A stretch of 64,000 bases of DNA from an uncultured Candidatus Saccharibacteria bacterium (GTDB taxonomy: Bacteria > Patescibacteriota > Minisyncoccia > Minisyncoccales > CAZUZH01), in the NCBI GenBank assembly GCA_964624815.1, contig CAZUZH010000001.1:1090-65089 (forward strand). The letters run 5' to 3'. This document shows, piece by piece, positions 54,334-63,848 of the stretch. The position numbers were made by a program, and so were the translations under genes. Below the pieces are notes generated by a model. It did not search any database and was not told the origin of the DNA. It saw only the letters and a program-made list of their open reading frames with translations. Positions within the stretch are counted from its first letter, which is position 1, and every line of letters starts with the position of its first letter.

Positions 54334-55230
54334 TTAGCGCTTTAGCGCGAAGGTATTTCCTCCCAAATTTCTGACCCTGCCCTTTATCTCTAATATAGTG
54401 AGACTACTTGAGACTTCTGGAGCAGGAAGTTTTGTTTTTTCAATGATTTTATCAATAGATAAAGCTTCTTGCCTTAGCACTTGTAAGATTAATCGATCAT
54501 TTTTATTGGCTGCGTTTTGAGGAGCGGCTTTAGGAATTGCGCAAGTTAAATTTAGTTCTTGTAAAATATCATTAGCGTTTTCAGCTAATTGGGCGCCAGT
54601 TTTGATTAAATAATTACATCCTTTGCTGTTGGGAAAATAGATAGAGCCTGGTATAGCAAAGATTTTTCTTTGGTGTAGACGGGCATAGTTAGCAGTAATC
54701 AGGCTTCCTCCTTTTTGCGGAGATTCAATTACTAAGACGCCAAGAGATAACCCTGAAACAATTCTGTTTCTCCGCGGAAAAGTGAATTGAGTGCCTCGGG
54801 TGCCGGGCGGATACTCCGACATTAGACAGCCGTTATTTTCTAAAATTTTTTGAGATAATCTTAAATTTGATTGAGGATAAATGCTTTTTTCATCAATGCC
54901 TGTTCCCAAAACGGCCATTGTTCGTTTTTTATTTTCTACTGCGGCTTGATGGCTAAAAGTATCAATTCCCGGCGCCAGACCGCTGACAATGGTTAAGCCG
55001 GCATCAGCTAATTGGCCAGCAATTTCCAGAGCAACTTGCTTGCCGTAGTTGGAATATCGGCGAGTTCCAACAATCGCAAAACAATTTTCATCAGTTTTTA
55101 TTTCTCCTCTGATATAGAGCTTTTCCGGCGAGTCAGGAATTTGCCTCAATAGTTTTGGATAATTTTTATCGTTTATAGTTATGGTATAAATTTGTTGACA
55201 ATCCATTTTAAATGAGTATAATTGAACCAT
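54334..55230 (-). CDS. dprA: DNA processing protein DprA (Smf)
   Basis: Rossmann-like core with a GSLITA motif and a C-terminal winged-helix domain. Confidence 0.8.
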   Translation of the reverse strand: MVQLYSFKMDCQQIYTITINDKNYPKLLRQIPDSPEKLYIRGEIKTDENCFAIVGTRRYSNYGKQVALEIAGQLADAGLTIVSGLAPGIDTFSHQAAVENKKRTMAVLGTGIDEKSIYPQSNLRLSQKILENNGCLMSEYPPGTRGTQFTFPRRNRIVSGLSLGVLVIESPQKGGSLITANYARLHQRKIFAIPGSIYFPNSKGCNYLIKTGAQLAENANDILQELNLTCAIPKAAPQNAANKNDRLILQVLRQEALSIDKIIEKTKLPAPEVSSSLTILEIKGRVRNLGGNTFALKR

Positions 55231-55266
55231 AGCACATTGTCAAAAGGTAATCATTGAACATGGAAA

Positions 55267-55845
55267 ATGGAACAGAGAAAGGAGAAAAGGATGTTTGAAA
55301 AAGAAAGTTTTAGCGAGAAAGAAATACGGAAGCATCGCAAAAATTTTATAAAAAGGAGAATCTTAATTCTTAGTGGAGAGATTGACGAAGACAAATCGAA
55401 AATCTTAAGAGGGTTTATTTATGCCTTAAATGAGCGTCCCAAAAAAGAAATTATTCTTTATATTGATAGCATTGGAGGAGACGTAGAACCAGGTTTGTGG
55501 CTCTACGACACAATAAGACTATCTTTGGCACCAATAAAGGGAATAGTTAATGGGAGAGCTAGCTCTATGGCAGCTTTAGTATTGCAGGCTTGTCAAAAAA
55601 GAGTGGCTATGGAACATAGCCAACTTCTACTTCACGCAATCAGAAGCCATGGCATTCCGATGGAGGACGAAGATAAGATTAATGAAGAAATAGAGAAGTC
55701 GCGAGAAATACAAGAGAGAGTTCATAAGATTTTAGTAACAAGAACCGGGAGATCTTTTGAGGAAATTAAGGCACTAGAAAAAAAAGATAAATATATTTCA
55801 GCAAAAGAAGCAAAAGAATTTGGATTAATTGATGAGATTATTTAA
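55267..55845 (+). CDS. clpP: ClpP-family serine peptidase (S14)
   Basis: LYIDSIGGDV, the GRASSMAALV active-site Ser, and downstream His/Asp. Confidence 0.65.
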   Translation: MEQRKEKRMFEKESFSEKEIRKHRKNFIKRRILILSGEIDEDKSKILRGFIYALNERPKKEIILYIDSIGGDVEPGLWLYDTIRLSLAPIKGIVNGRASSMAALVLQACQKRVAMEHSQLLLHAIRSHGIPMEDEDKINEEIEKSREIQERVHKILVTRTGRSFEEIKALEKKDKYISAKEAKEFGLIDEII

Positions 55846-55852
55846 GTAAGGA

Positions 55853-55882
55853 GCCGAGGGAACTTACCTCGGCTTTTTTTTG
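55853..55882 (+). terminator. rho-independent terminator (gccgagggaacttacctcggcttttttttg)
   Basis: Stem followed by a T-run. Confidence 0.6.
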
Positions 55883-55943
55883 TTTATCCCGTTTCAATGT
55901 CCCGTTTTTCGATATCCCGTTGCCAAGCAACGGGATATCGAAA

Positions 55944-56522
55944 TTAATTAAATTCACTCATTGCTTTTTCAATTCCCTGCCTTAAACTTGTTTCAATTGC
56001 TTTAACTATTTTCTGGAGAGTTTGCTTCAAGATTTTCTTTTCGTCTCTTGTGAATTTTTTGAGAACAAATTTTTTTTCAATCAGTTTGTAATGTTCGTAC
56101 GACGAGACGATAGGCCTAATTCCAATTCGGAAGCGGACAAAATCTTTTGTTCCCAAGTTTTCAATAATTGATTTAATTCCATTGTGGCCAGCTGGACCTC
56201 GGTTTTTAACAATTTTAATTTTGCCTATTTCTAAATCTAAATCATCGTGAACAACCCAAACATTTGACATTTGACATTTGACATTTGACATAATTTTCTT
56301 TACTGTCCTGCCCGATTCATTCATATAGGTCTGGGGTTTGGCTAAAATCACTTCATCGCTATCCCAAAACTTTTTAGAAATTTCAGCATTAAATTTTTTG
56401 GAAAACTTAAATTCAAGAAAATCATTTTCCTTAGCAAATTCATCAATTATTGTAAATCCAAGATTATGCCGCGTCTTGTCAAATTTTTTCCCCGGATTGC
56501 CTAATCCAATAATTAGTGTCAT
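55944..56522 (-). CDS. pth: peptidyl-tRNA hydrolase
   Basis: The start was moved to MTLIIGLGNPG. Conserved His/Asn region. Carries the in-frame (atgtcaa)n insertion at 56261-56291. Confidence 0.85.
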   Translation of the reverse strand: MTLIIGLGNPGKKFDKTRHNLGFTIIDEFAKENDFLEFKFSKKFNAEISKKFWDSDEVILAKPQTYMNESGRTVKKIMSNVKCQMSNVWVVHDDLDLEIGKIKIVKNRGPAGHNGIKSIIENLGTKDFVRFRIGIRPIVSSYEHYKLIEKKFVLKKFTRDEKKILKQTLQKIVKAIETSLRQGIEKAMSEFN

Positions 56523-56558
56523 GATTATATTATAGCACTCTTGCATAATTAAAAAAAA

Positions 56559-56564
56559 TATAAT
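56559..56564 (+). promoter_or_regulatory. TATAAT -10 hexamer 7 nt upstream of the tmRNA 5' end
   Basis: Read directly. The same geometry is found at the 202-476 paralog. Confidence 0.4.
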
Positions 56565-56571
56565 ACAATAA

Positions 56572-57117
56572 GGGGGACGGGATTCGAAATAGAGTCAGCT
56601 TTAGAAGCGAAAGAATGGGTTAAGTTTAGTGCTCTATCTGCGAATATAACATTGGACTGGAAGCTCAAAATTAAGCGAGGTCAAGGAGCGACGACGAAAG
56701 TGTGCTTGAAAAGCACATTGAGGAGGAGCAACACAGAGATCTCTTAATTTTGAGCTTCCCCAAAGGGGCCAGGATATTTTTCCTTCTGGCGTTGTTGCTC
56801 GTCGCTTATGTGCCTAAGGGCACACTGCGCTCTTCGCGCCTAGCCAGAAGAAAAAATCTCTCTGGCCAGTACAGTGTTATGTTCGCAGAGAGAACACCAG
56901 GCACGACGACGAAGGAGTATTAGAACCTAATACTTCAAGGAGGAGTGACGAAGAAATTAGCCCATTCTTTCGCTTCCCTTCGGGCGGGCGAATTCGGGCA
57001 ATCTTCTGCGTTGCTCGTCGCTTATGTATCGCAGAGGATACACTGCTCTCGCTTGCGCCTTGAATATTGCCCGAATTCGCTCCGCTAAATTGATTCTGGT
57101 TCGAATCCCGTCCCCCA
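56572..57117 (+). ncRNA. ssrA: tmRNA (ssrA)-like RNA, 546 nt, with an internally duplicated ~230-nt module
   Basis: The 5' end GGGGGACGGGAUUCGAA resembles the tmRNA acceptor plus D-analog. The 3' end UCUGGUUCGAAUCCCGUCCCCCA is T-arm, acceptor, A73. The 5' and 3' ends are complementary. smpB is present in the window. Atypical: G3:C70 rather than G3:U70, and no clear ALAA-type tag. Confidence 0.6.
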
Positions 57118-57125
57118 AGAACAAT

Positions 57126-57677
57126 ATGAACAAAATAATACACTTTATCTGGGAATTAGTCAAAATTATTGTAATTACCCTTGTGATTGTTTTGCCAATC
57201 CGCTATTTTTTATTTCAGCCATTTATTGTACGGGGTCAGTCAATGGAGCCCACCTTTCAAAACAGTGATTATTTAATCATTGACGAAATATCTTATCGGT
57301 TCCAAGATCCCCAAAGAGGAGAGGTGGTGGTTTTCAAGTCTTTAAACAATTCTTATTATTTAATTAAAAGAGTTGTTGCTCTTCCAGGTGAAACAATAGA
57401 AATAAAAGATGGTCAGGTAATAGTCTATAATCATGATAACTTCCATGGTAAAATTTTAGATGAAAAAGATTATCTTTCTTCTGATTTTATTGAAACGCCT
57501 GGAAATATAAAAATAGCCTTGTCTCAAGACGAATATTTTGTTTTAGGGGATAATCGTTCAGCATCATATGATTCCAGGCGCTGGGGTCCGCTTCAGAAAG
57601 AAAATATAATCGGTAAAGTTTTTATAAGAGCCTGGCCTCTAAACACATTAGCCAAATTTCAATTGCCGATTTATTAA
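57126..57677 (+). CDS. lepB: signal peptidase I
   Basis: SMEPTF (catalytic Ser) and GDNRSASYDSRRWG motifs. The start was moved out of the tmRNA overlap. Confidence 0.8.
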   Translation: MNKIIHFIWELVKIIVITLVIVLPIRYFLFQPFIVRGQSMEPTFQNSDYLIIDEISYRFQDPQRGEVVVFKSLNNSYYLIKRVVALPGETIEIKDGQVIVYNHDNFHGKILDEKDYLSSDFIETPGNIKIALSQDEYFVLGDNRSASYDSRRWGPLQKENIIGKVFIRAWPLNTLAKFQLPIY

Positions 57678-57695
57678 GAAATAAAGCAACAAAAT

Positions 57696-59012
57696 ATGAG
57701 AAAACCAAAATTTCAAGCACCAACAGGTATGCATGATATTTTGCCGAAAGACCAGAAATACTTTAAAAAGATTTATAATGTCGTTGACAAGATAGTTGCT
57801 TTTTATGGTTTTGAGAAAATTGACACGCCGACTTTGGAGCAGGCGGAACTTTTTTCAAAAGGAATTGGACTGACAACAGAGATAATTGAAAAGCAGATGT
57901 ATGTTCTTCGCACAAAGGGCAAAGATCTTTTGGCTTTGCGTCCGGAAGGAACTGCTTCTGTTATCCGCGCCTATATTGAGCAAGGCATGGCAAGCCTTCC
58001 GTCGCCCATAAAGCTTTGGTATTTCGGACCATTTTTTAGATACGAGAGGCCGCAGGCCGGACGGTATCGTCAGTTTCATCAATTCGGTTTAGAAATTTTG
58101 GGAGAGAAAAGTTCAGCAGCTGATGCTCAGCTTATTCAGATTTTCTTCAATATTTTAAAAGAGCTAAAGATTAAAAATTTATTAGTTGAGATAAACAGCA
58201 TTGGAGATTCTCAATGCAGGCCATATTATAAAAAACTTTTAGTGAGCTATTTCCGCTCTCGTCAACAATCTTTATGTGCTGACTGCCGAAGAAGAATTCG
58301 GGAAAATCCCTTCAGAATCTTGGATTGCAAGGAAGAAAAGTGCCGGAGAATCAAAGCTCAAGCGCCTCAGATTATTGACCATCTTTGTCAGGAGTGTAAT
58401 ACACATTTTAGAGAGGTTTTGGAATTTTTGGATGAGCTGGAAATACCCTACAATCTTAATCCTTATTTGGTTCGCGGTCTTGATTATTATACTAAAACAG
58501 TTTTTGAAATAAGCAGTAGAGCTGAAGATACTTTTCTTTCTAATAATAAAGATTATAATGAGAAAAAAAATCTCGGAGCATTGGTAGGGGGAGGCAGATA
58601 TGATGCATTAATAAAGACTTTGGGCGGGAAGGAAGCTCCAGCTTGCGGCGGAGCTGCAGGCATAGAGAGAATTATAGAATTAATGAAAGAGAAAGACAGT
58701 AAAAAAGAAAAAGACGCAGCAATTGCTAAAATTTACTTAGCTCAGCTTGGTGGTTTGGCAAAAAGAAAAAGTTTAAAGCTTTTTGAAGAATTCCGCAAAA
58801 ATAAGATAAGAGTGGCTGAATCTTTTGGAAGGGATTCCTTAAAGGCCCAGTTAAAGACAGCTGATAAACTGGGAGTAAAATATACTTTGATTCTTGGACA
58901 GAAAGAGGCTATAGAAAGAACGATTATTGTCAGAAGAATGGATACAGGGAAACAGGAAATAGTGAAATTGGATAAAATTGTGGAGGTAATGAAGAGAAAG
59001 CTGAGAAAATGA
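57696..59012 (+). CDS. hisS: histidine--tRNA ligase
   Basis: Class II motifs 1 to 3, an HisRS-specific GGRYD motif and a C-terminal anticodon-binding domain. Confidence 0.9.
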   Translation: MRKPKFQAPTGMHDILPKDQKYFKKIYNVVDKIVAFYGFEKIDTPTLEQAELFSKGIGLTTEIIEKQMYVLRTKGKDLLALRPEGTASVIRAYIEQGMASLPSPIKLWYFGPFFRYERPQAGRYRQFHQFGLEILGEKSSAADAQLIQIFFNILKELKIKNLLVEINSIGDSQCRPYYKKLLVSYFRSRQQSLCADCRRRIRENPFRILDCKEEKCRRIKAQAPQIIDHLCQECNTHFREVLEFLDELEIPYNLNPYLVRGLDYYTKTVFEISSRAEDTFLSNNKDYNEKKNLGALVGGGRYDALIKTLGGKEAPACGGAAGIERIIELMKEKDSKKEKDAAIAKIYLAQLGGLAKRKSLKLFEEFRKNKIRVAESFGRDSLKAQLKTADKLGVKYTLILGQKEAIERTIIVRRMDTGKQEIVKLDKIVEVMKRKLRK

Positions 59013-59194
59013 CCAATTAACCTAATTATTCTAATTAGTATAATTTCACCCCGTTAGAAAATCAAAGATTTCTAACGGGGCAAGAATCCCAATGACGAAA
59101 TGTCTAATGTCTAAATAGTTTTGGTCATTGTGTATTGGGATTTTGGCATTGATTAGGTCAATTAGATTAATTAGAATAATTAGAAATTTTCATT
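59013..59194. repeat. Composite intergenic repeat Y, related to 38239-38384. Includes the hisS terminator hairpin ccccgttagaaa...tttctaacgggg and inverted AATCCCAATGAC units. Abuts the HIT ATG
   Basis: The 25-nt block ccaattaacctaattattctaatta is identical to X. Confidence 0.55.
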
Positions 59195-59530
59195 ATGCCT
59201 TGTCTGTTCTGTAAAATAATTAATAAACAAATACCGTCAGATATTGTTTATGAAGATGACAGTTTTATTGCTTTTAAAGATATTAAGCCTAAGGCTTCTT
59301 TGCACATTTTAATTGTTCCAAAAAAGCATATTACATCGGTGGCTCATTTAGATTCCAAAGACAGAGAATTAATCGGAGGATTGATTTTAACAGCTAAAAA
59401 TATTGCGCAAGATCAGGGAGTTTCAGAAAAAGGATATAGGCTTATTTTTAATGTTGGCAGAGGAGGAGGACAGATGGTTGATCATATTCATTTACATTTA
59501 CTTAGCGGTAAAGAAAGCGTGACTATCTAG
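59195..59530 (+). CDS. HIT-family (histidine triad) hydrolase
   Basis: HIHLHLL histidine-triad motif. Confidence 0.8.
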   Translation: MPCLFCKIINKQIPSDIVYEDDSFIAFKDIKPKASLHILIVPKKHITSVAHLDSKDRELIGGLILTAKNIAQDQGVSEKGYRLIFNVGRGGGQMVDHIHLHLLSGKESVTI

Positions 59531-59548
59531 TTTTTTAGACACTTAACC

Positions 59549-59607
59549 CCAATTTTCAATTTTCAATTTTCAATTTTCATTGAATGACTCAATTTTCAAT
59601 TTTCAAA
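59549..59607. repeat. (caatttt)n heptamer arrays arranged as inverted blocks
   Basis: Read directly. Confidence 0.5.
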
Positions 59608-59691
59608 CCCTTGTTTATAAATAAAAGTTTGAAAATTGTATCATTGAAAATTTATTGTAAATTGAGCCTTGAAAATTAAAAATTTATTAAC

Positions 59692-59910
59692 TTGCCTATT
59701 GAAGTAAAAAAACAAGAAAGAGAAAATTCTCAAAATGTTATTCGCCGCTTTTCTAGGGCAGTTCGCCAGAGCGGGGTTTTAAGACGAGCCAGAGATAATC
59801 GATTTAGAAAGAGACCTAAGTCTGCTTTAGCCAAAAAGAAAGCTGCCATAAGAAAAGACAAAAGAAAAAAAGAGTACCAAAAGAGACAAAAGATGGAAAA
59901 AAGTCAATAA
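59692..59910 (+). CDS. rpsU: 30S ribosomal protein S21 (TTG start)
   Basis: IRRFSRAVRQSGVLRRARDNRFRKRPK S21 core. Confidence 0.75.
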   Translation: MPIEVKKQERENSQNVIRRFSRAVRQSGVLRRARDNRFRKRPKSALAKKKAAIRKDKRKKEYQKRQKMEKSQ

Positions 59911-59935
59911 AAGCTAATTATTTCGCAACCAAAAC

Positions 59936-60430
59936 GTGTTAAAAACAAGAATACAAAAAGACCTTAATTTTGCCATAAAGGAGAAAAGAGAATTAGAGAG
60001 GACAACTTTGCGCATGCTTAATGCAGCGATTTTGAATAAAGAAAAGGAAAAAAGGGCAAAATTAAGTAAAGAGGAAGAGGATTTGAAAGAGCAAGAATTA
60101 ATTGAAAAAAGCCAGCTTGATGATGAAGAAACAATGGAAATTATTTCCTCAGAAGCTAAAAAAAGAAAAGAGGCGATTTTAGCTTTTGAAAAAGGTGAGA
60201 GAACAGAATTAGCAGAGAAAGAGAAAAAAGAATTAGAAATTCTTCAGAAATATCTACCTGAGCAGATGCCGGAACAGGAAATAAAAAAATTATCCCAGGA
60301 GGCTATCAACAAAGTAGGCGCTTCCGAGTCCAAAGACACAGGTAAAGTAATGGCAGAACTAATGCCCAAAGTTAAAGGCAAAGCCGATGGAAAAATAGTA
60401 AGCCAAATCGTTAGAGAATTATTATCATAA
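59936..60430 (+). CDS. GatB/YqeY domain protein
   Basis: The GatB_Yqey fold is indicated by LRMLNAAILNKEKE...ILQKYLPEQM. Confidence 0.7.
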   Translation: MLKTRIQKDLNFAIKEKRELERTTLRMLNAAILNKEKEKRAKLSKEEEDLKEQELIEKSQLDDEETMEIISSEAKKRKEAILAFEKGERTELAEKEKKELEILQKYLPEQMPEQEIKKLSQEAINKVGASESKDTGKVMAELMPKVKGKADGKIVSQIVRELLS

Positions 60431-60481
60431 AATCTTGGCAGAAAAAGAATCAACAATTAAAATTTTAGAAAAAATACTAAA

Positions 60482-60703
60482 ATGAAACTTAATAAAAAAT
60501 ATATTTGGGATTATAACCTGCCTAAAAATTGGAGGCCTAAAACCGAAGGGCAATGGCTTTGGTTTTTAGAAAGAAAAATAAATTATAATGATTGGAGAGG
60601 ATTAAAGAAAGAAATAATAAAGAAATATTTCAGAAAACTAAAAAGAAGATTAGACCCGGGTAAAAAAATAATGTTGGAGTTATATTTCAAAAAATATGGC
60701 TGA
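60482..60703 (+). CDS. hypothetical small basic protein (73 aa), translationally coupled to the downstream nucleotidyltransferase
   Basis: 8-nt overlap with the next gene. Confidence 0.35.
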   Translation: MKLNKKYIWDYNLPKNWRPKTEGQWLWFLERKINYNDWRGLKKEIIKKYFRKLKRRLDPGKKIMLELYFKKYG

Positions 60704-61370
60704 AATTACTCCTATTCAAAAAAAGGTTTTGGATTTATTTTCTAAATCCCGCCTTAAAAATAAATTTTATTGGACCGGAGGTACTTTGCTTTCTGCTTTG
60801 TATTTGCATCATCGCAAATCAAAAGACATTGATTTTTTCAGCGATAAGCCATTTAGTTACAATCAAATAATTGGTGTTGTTCGAAAATTCAAGAAACAAC
60901 TTAAATTAACTAAAATAGAAGAAGAAAAAGTTTTTGACCGTTGGGAGTTTTTCCTTCACAACAAAGAAAAATTGAGAATTGAGTTCGTTTTTTATGAACA
61001 TCCCAAAATTAAGCCCCGAAAAAAATGGCAGGGAATTTCTATAGATTCTTTAGAAGATATTGCTGTTAATAAAGTAATAGCTCTTTTTGATAGAAACGAT
61101 CCAAAAGATTTAGTTGATTTATATTTTTTATTATTTAAAAAGAGGTATAAAATTAAACAACTTTTGGGATTAGTTGAAAGAAAATTTGGAGTAAAATTGG
61201 AAGAGGGAACTTTTTGGAGCGAAAGCTGTAAGTCCCTTAAAGATTTAGACGAAGTTGCCCCTGTTTTGCTGGCAAAAAATTTGAGAGAAAAGAAAAAAAT
61301 CATCAATGAAATAAAGAATTACTTTTCTTCCCAATCAGTTAATTACTTAAACAAACGATTAAAAGAATAA
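60696..61370 (+). CDS. DUF1814/AbiEii-like nucleotidyltransferase
   Basis: N-terminal GGTLLSALYLHHRKSKDIDFFSD matches the GG[ST]...hDhD minimal nucleotidyltransferase signature of AbiEii/AbiGii toxins. Confidence 0.5.
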   Translation: MAEITPIQKKVLDLFSKSRLKNKFYWTGGTLLSALYLHHRKSKDIDFFSDKPFSYNQIIGVVRKFKKQLKLTKIEEEKVFDRWEFFLHNKEKLRIEFVFYEHPKIKPRKKWQGISIDSLEDIAVNKVIALFDRNDPKDLVDLYFLLFKKRYKIKQLLGLVERKFGVKLEEGTFWSESCKSLKDLDEVAPVLLAKNLREKKKIINEIKNYFSSQSVNYLNKRLKE

Positions 61371-61465
61371 TTATCTAAAACTTTGGAACACTAATAGTCG
61401 GTTAGATAGTAAACATCCAATGGATTAAAGGTTGAAGGGATATAAATTAATAAAAGTTAAAATTT

Positions 61466-61918
61466 ATGATTAATCAAGCTTTTTCTAAAATTGGTATTCT
61501 AATTATTGTTATTATTCTCATTGGCGGAGTATTTTTAGCTTGGCAGTATTCTTGGCAGTATTTAGGAGGACAGAAAGGGGGAATAAAACTTTCAGAAGGA
61601 GAAGAAATTTTTCCCTCAGAAGGTGATGAGGTTGTAAGTATAGGAATGTTTCCTAACATTGATAGTTTTGATTTAATAAATAAAACATTTGAGGGGCTCA
61701 CTCAAACCGAAGGGAAGAAGATAAAAGTAATAACTAGTGATTCTACAAAGTTTTATAGCACGGCAGAACCAGACTGGGAAAAAGAGCATTTCACCTTTTC
61801 TGAATTTCACTCATTACTTAAAAATTGGGATGGCCCACCTTGGCCCTTTACGGTAAAGGGAATTTTTGAAGAGGAAAGCGTGATAAAAGCCGAAAAGATA
61901 TTTTATATTATACAATAA
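61466..61918 (+). CDS. hypothetical membrane-anchored protein
   Basis: A single N-terminal TM segment. Confidence 0.35.
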   Translation: MINQAFSKIGILIIVIILIGGVFLAWQYSWQYLGGQKGGIKLSEGEEIFPSEGDEVVSIGMFPNIDSFDLINKTFEGLTQTEGKKIKVITSDSTKFYSTAEPDWEKEHFTFSEFHSLLKNWDGPPWPFTVKGIFEEESVIKAEKIFYIIQ

Positions 61919-62042
61919 AAATAATTTGTAGTTTCTATTTCTTCGCTGTTTGTCAAGAGTAGAGTTTAACTGCATAAATTGCAGTTTCTCCTCACGCCCG
62001 CCTGCAGCCGGGCGGGAGGAGGTAAACTCTTTTCTTATACTT

Positions 62043-62486
62043 ATGATTGAAATTAATAACCTAACAACTGTAGAAATTGATGAGAAAAAAATAAAAGTTA
62101 TTATTGAGAATATTTTAGAAAAAGAAAAAAAACGAGGTGATGTTTCTCTTGCTTTTGTTGGACAAGGACGAATAAGAGTGTTAAACAAAAAGTATAGGGG
62201 AAAAAATCGAGTCACTGATATTTTAGCTTTTTCTGAATCAAAAGTATCTTTTGAAAAATTTAGAGTTGGTCCAACAAAAAAATTTCCAGGTTTGGGGGAA
62301 TTAGTTATTTGTCTGCGGGAAGTTAAAAAGAATGCCAAGAAATATAATTCAAGTTTTGAAAAAGAATTAGCCCGGATTTTAATTCACGGAGTTCTCCATC
62401 TTTTGGGATACGAGCATGAGGGAGACAGGGAGGCGGAAAAGGAAATGGAGGAGAAACAAGAATATTATCTTTCGCAAGTAATATAA
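62043..62486 (+). CDS. ybeY: rRNA maturation endoribonuclease YbeY
   Basis: The zinc-binding motif HGVLHLLGYEHE. The start was moved to MIEINN; the upstream track extension covers a GC-rich hairpin (61990-62021). Confidence 0.8.
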   Translation: MIEINNLTTVEIDEKKIKVIIENILEKEKKRGDVSLAFVGQGRIRVLNKKYRGKNRVTDILAFSESKVSFEKFRVGPTKKFPGLGELVICLREVKKNAKKYNSSFEKELARILIHGVLHLLGYEHEGDREAEKEMEEKQEYYLSQVI

Positions 62487-62489
62487 TAA

Positions 62490-62610
62490 AGTTAAAAGTC
62501 TAAAGTCCAAAGTTAAAAGTCGCAGTATTAAATATAAAGTATTTTATTTCATATTTTACTTTTAACTTTATACTGGTATTTTTAATTTTTGACTTTTAAT
62601 TTTTAATTAA
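62490..62610. repeat. Heptamer arrays (gttaaaa/gtctaaa/gtccaaa) and inverted copies flanking an AT-rich core upstream of ftsA
   Basis: Read directly. Confidence 0.5.
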
Positions 62611-62621
62611 GCAAAGCGCTT

Positions 62622-63848
62622 ATGTCAAAACCATCAATCATTGCAGGTTTAGACGTAGGGACAGAGAGTATAAAACTGTTGGTTGTCAAAAATACAAAAG
62701 GAGAGCAAGTCTCCGAGGTTTTAATTCAACTTATTGAACCTTCTTTTGGGGTTAGAAAGGGGGTAGTTGTTGATGTTGATGCGGTTTCAAAAATCATTTA
62801 TTCAACACTTGCCAAGGCTCAAGCTTTCACCAATCAGAAAATTAATAATATTTTTGTTAATGTGGGCGGCGCCCATATTTTTATTACTGATTCTCATGGA
62901 GCTGTCGCTGTTTCCAGGGCTGACCAGAGAATTTCCCAAGAGGATATTGATAGAGTGATTCAAGCTGCCCAGACAATTTCTTTACCGTCCAACAAAGAAA
63001 TTCTAGATATTTTTCCACAGGAATTTATTATTGATGGAGAGAAAGGAATTAAAGAGCCATTGGACATGACAGGCATTAGACTTGAGGCAAGGATTCTGGC
63101 AGTCTGCGGGTTCTCTCCTTATATGCGGAATTTGACCAGAGCTGTTTTAGATTCTGGTGTTACAATAGGGGAAATAATGCCATCAGTTTTAGCTTCTGCC
63201 ATGGCTGTTTTAACGCCTAGGCAAAAAGAGTTGGGAGTGGCGATTTTGGACATTGGCGCCGGCACGTCAGACTTAGCTGTTTTTGAAGAAGGAAATTTAG
63301 TTCATGCAGCCGTTTTCCCATTCGGCTCAGGACATATTACTAATGACATTGCAATTGGTCTTCGGACCGATGTTGATACGGCCGAGAATATAAAGAGGGA
63401 ATTCGGAACTTGTATTTTTAATAAAAATTCAAAGAAGAATATCAATTTTAACGTAAGTAGTATTTTGGAAAGCGAGGAGGAGCGTTCTATGGTTTTCTCA
63501 CATAAAAAACTTAATAATATTATTGAAGCCAGGGTTTCTGAAATTTTTGATGAGACCAATAAAGAATTAAAAAAGATTTCCAGAGCAGGTCTTCTTCCGG
63601 CTGGAGTGGTTTTGACGGGTGGAGGAGTAAAACTTTCAAAGATGGTTGAATTAGCCAAAGCCGAACTAAAGCTTCCGTGTAGAATAGGTGTACCTCAGAA
63701 TTTAGAGGGATTGAAAGAGGACCCGTGTTTTGCTGCTGTTTCCGGCCTTGTTTTTCAGGGCAGGGACTTGACAGAAGCGCATGGAGGGTTTTCTCAAAGA
63801 GGAATACTTAACTGGGCAAGGAGGATGTTCAGGATATTTATACCATGA
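62622..63848 (+). CDS. ftsA: cell division protein FtsA
   Basis: Actin-like ATPase motifs ([18 protein letters not shown]). Confidence 0.85.
   Translation: MSKPSIIAGLDVGTESIKLLVVKNTKGEQVSEVLIQLIEPSFGVRKGVVVDVDAVSKIIYSTLAKAQAFTNQKINNIFVNVGGAHIFITDSHGAVAVSRADQRISQEDIDRVIQAAQTISLPSNKEILDIFPQEFIIDGEKGIKEPLDMTGIRLEARILAVCGFSPYMRNLTRAVLDSGVTIGEIMPSVLASAMAVLTPRQKELGVAILDIGAGTSDLAVFEEGNLVHAAVFPFGSGHITNDIAIGLRTDVDTAENIKREFGTCIFNKNSKKNINFNVSSILESEEERSMVFSHKKLNNIIEARVSEIFDETNKELKKISRAGLLPAGVVLTGGGVKLSKMVELAKAELKLPCRIGVPQNLEGLKEDPCFAAVSGLVFQGRDLTEAHGGFSQRGILNWARRMFRIFIP

Noticed and set aside
56702-57163. Three track ORFs (56702-56923 plus strand, 56877-57143 and 56957-57163 minus strand) inside the ssrA-like RNA
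   Set aside because: They lie within a structured RNA gene that has a tRNA-like 3' end. There is no RBS. lepB starts at 57126 in its own frame.
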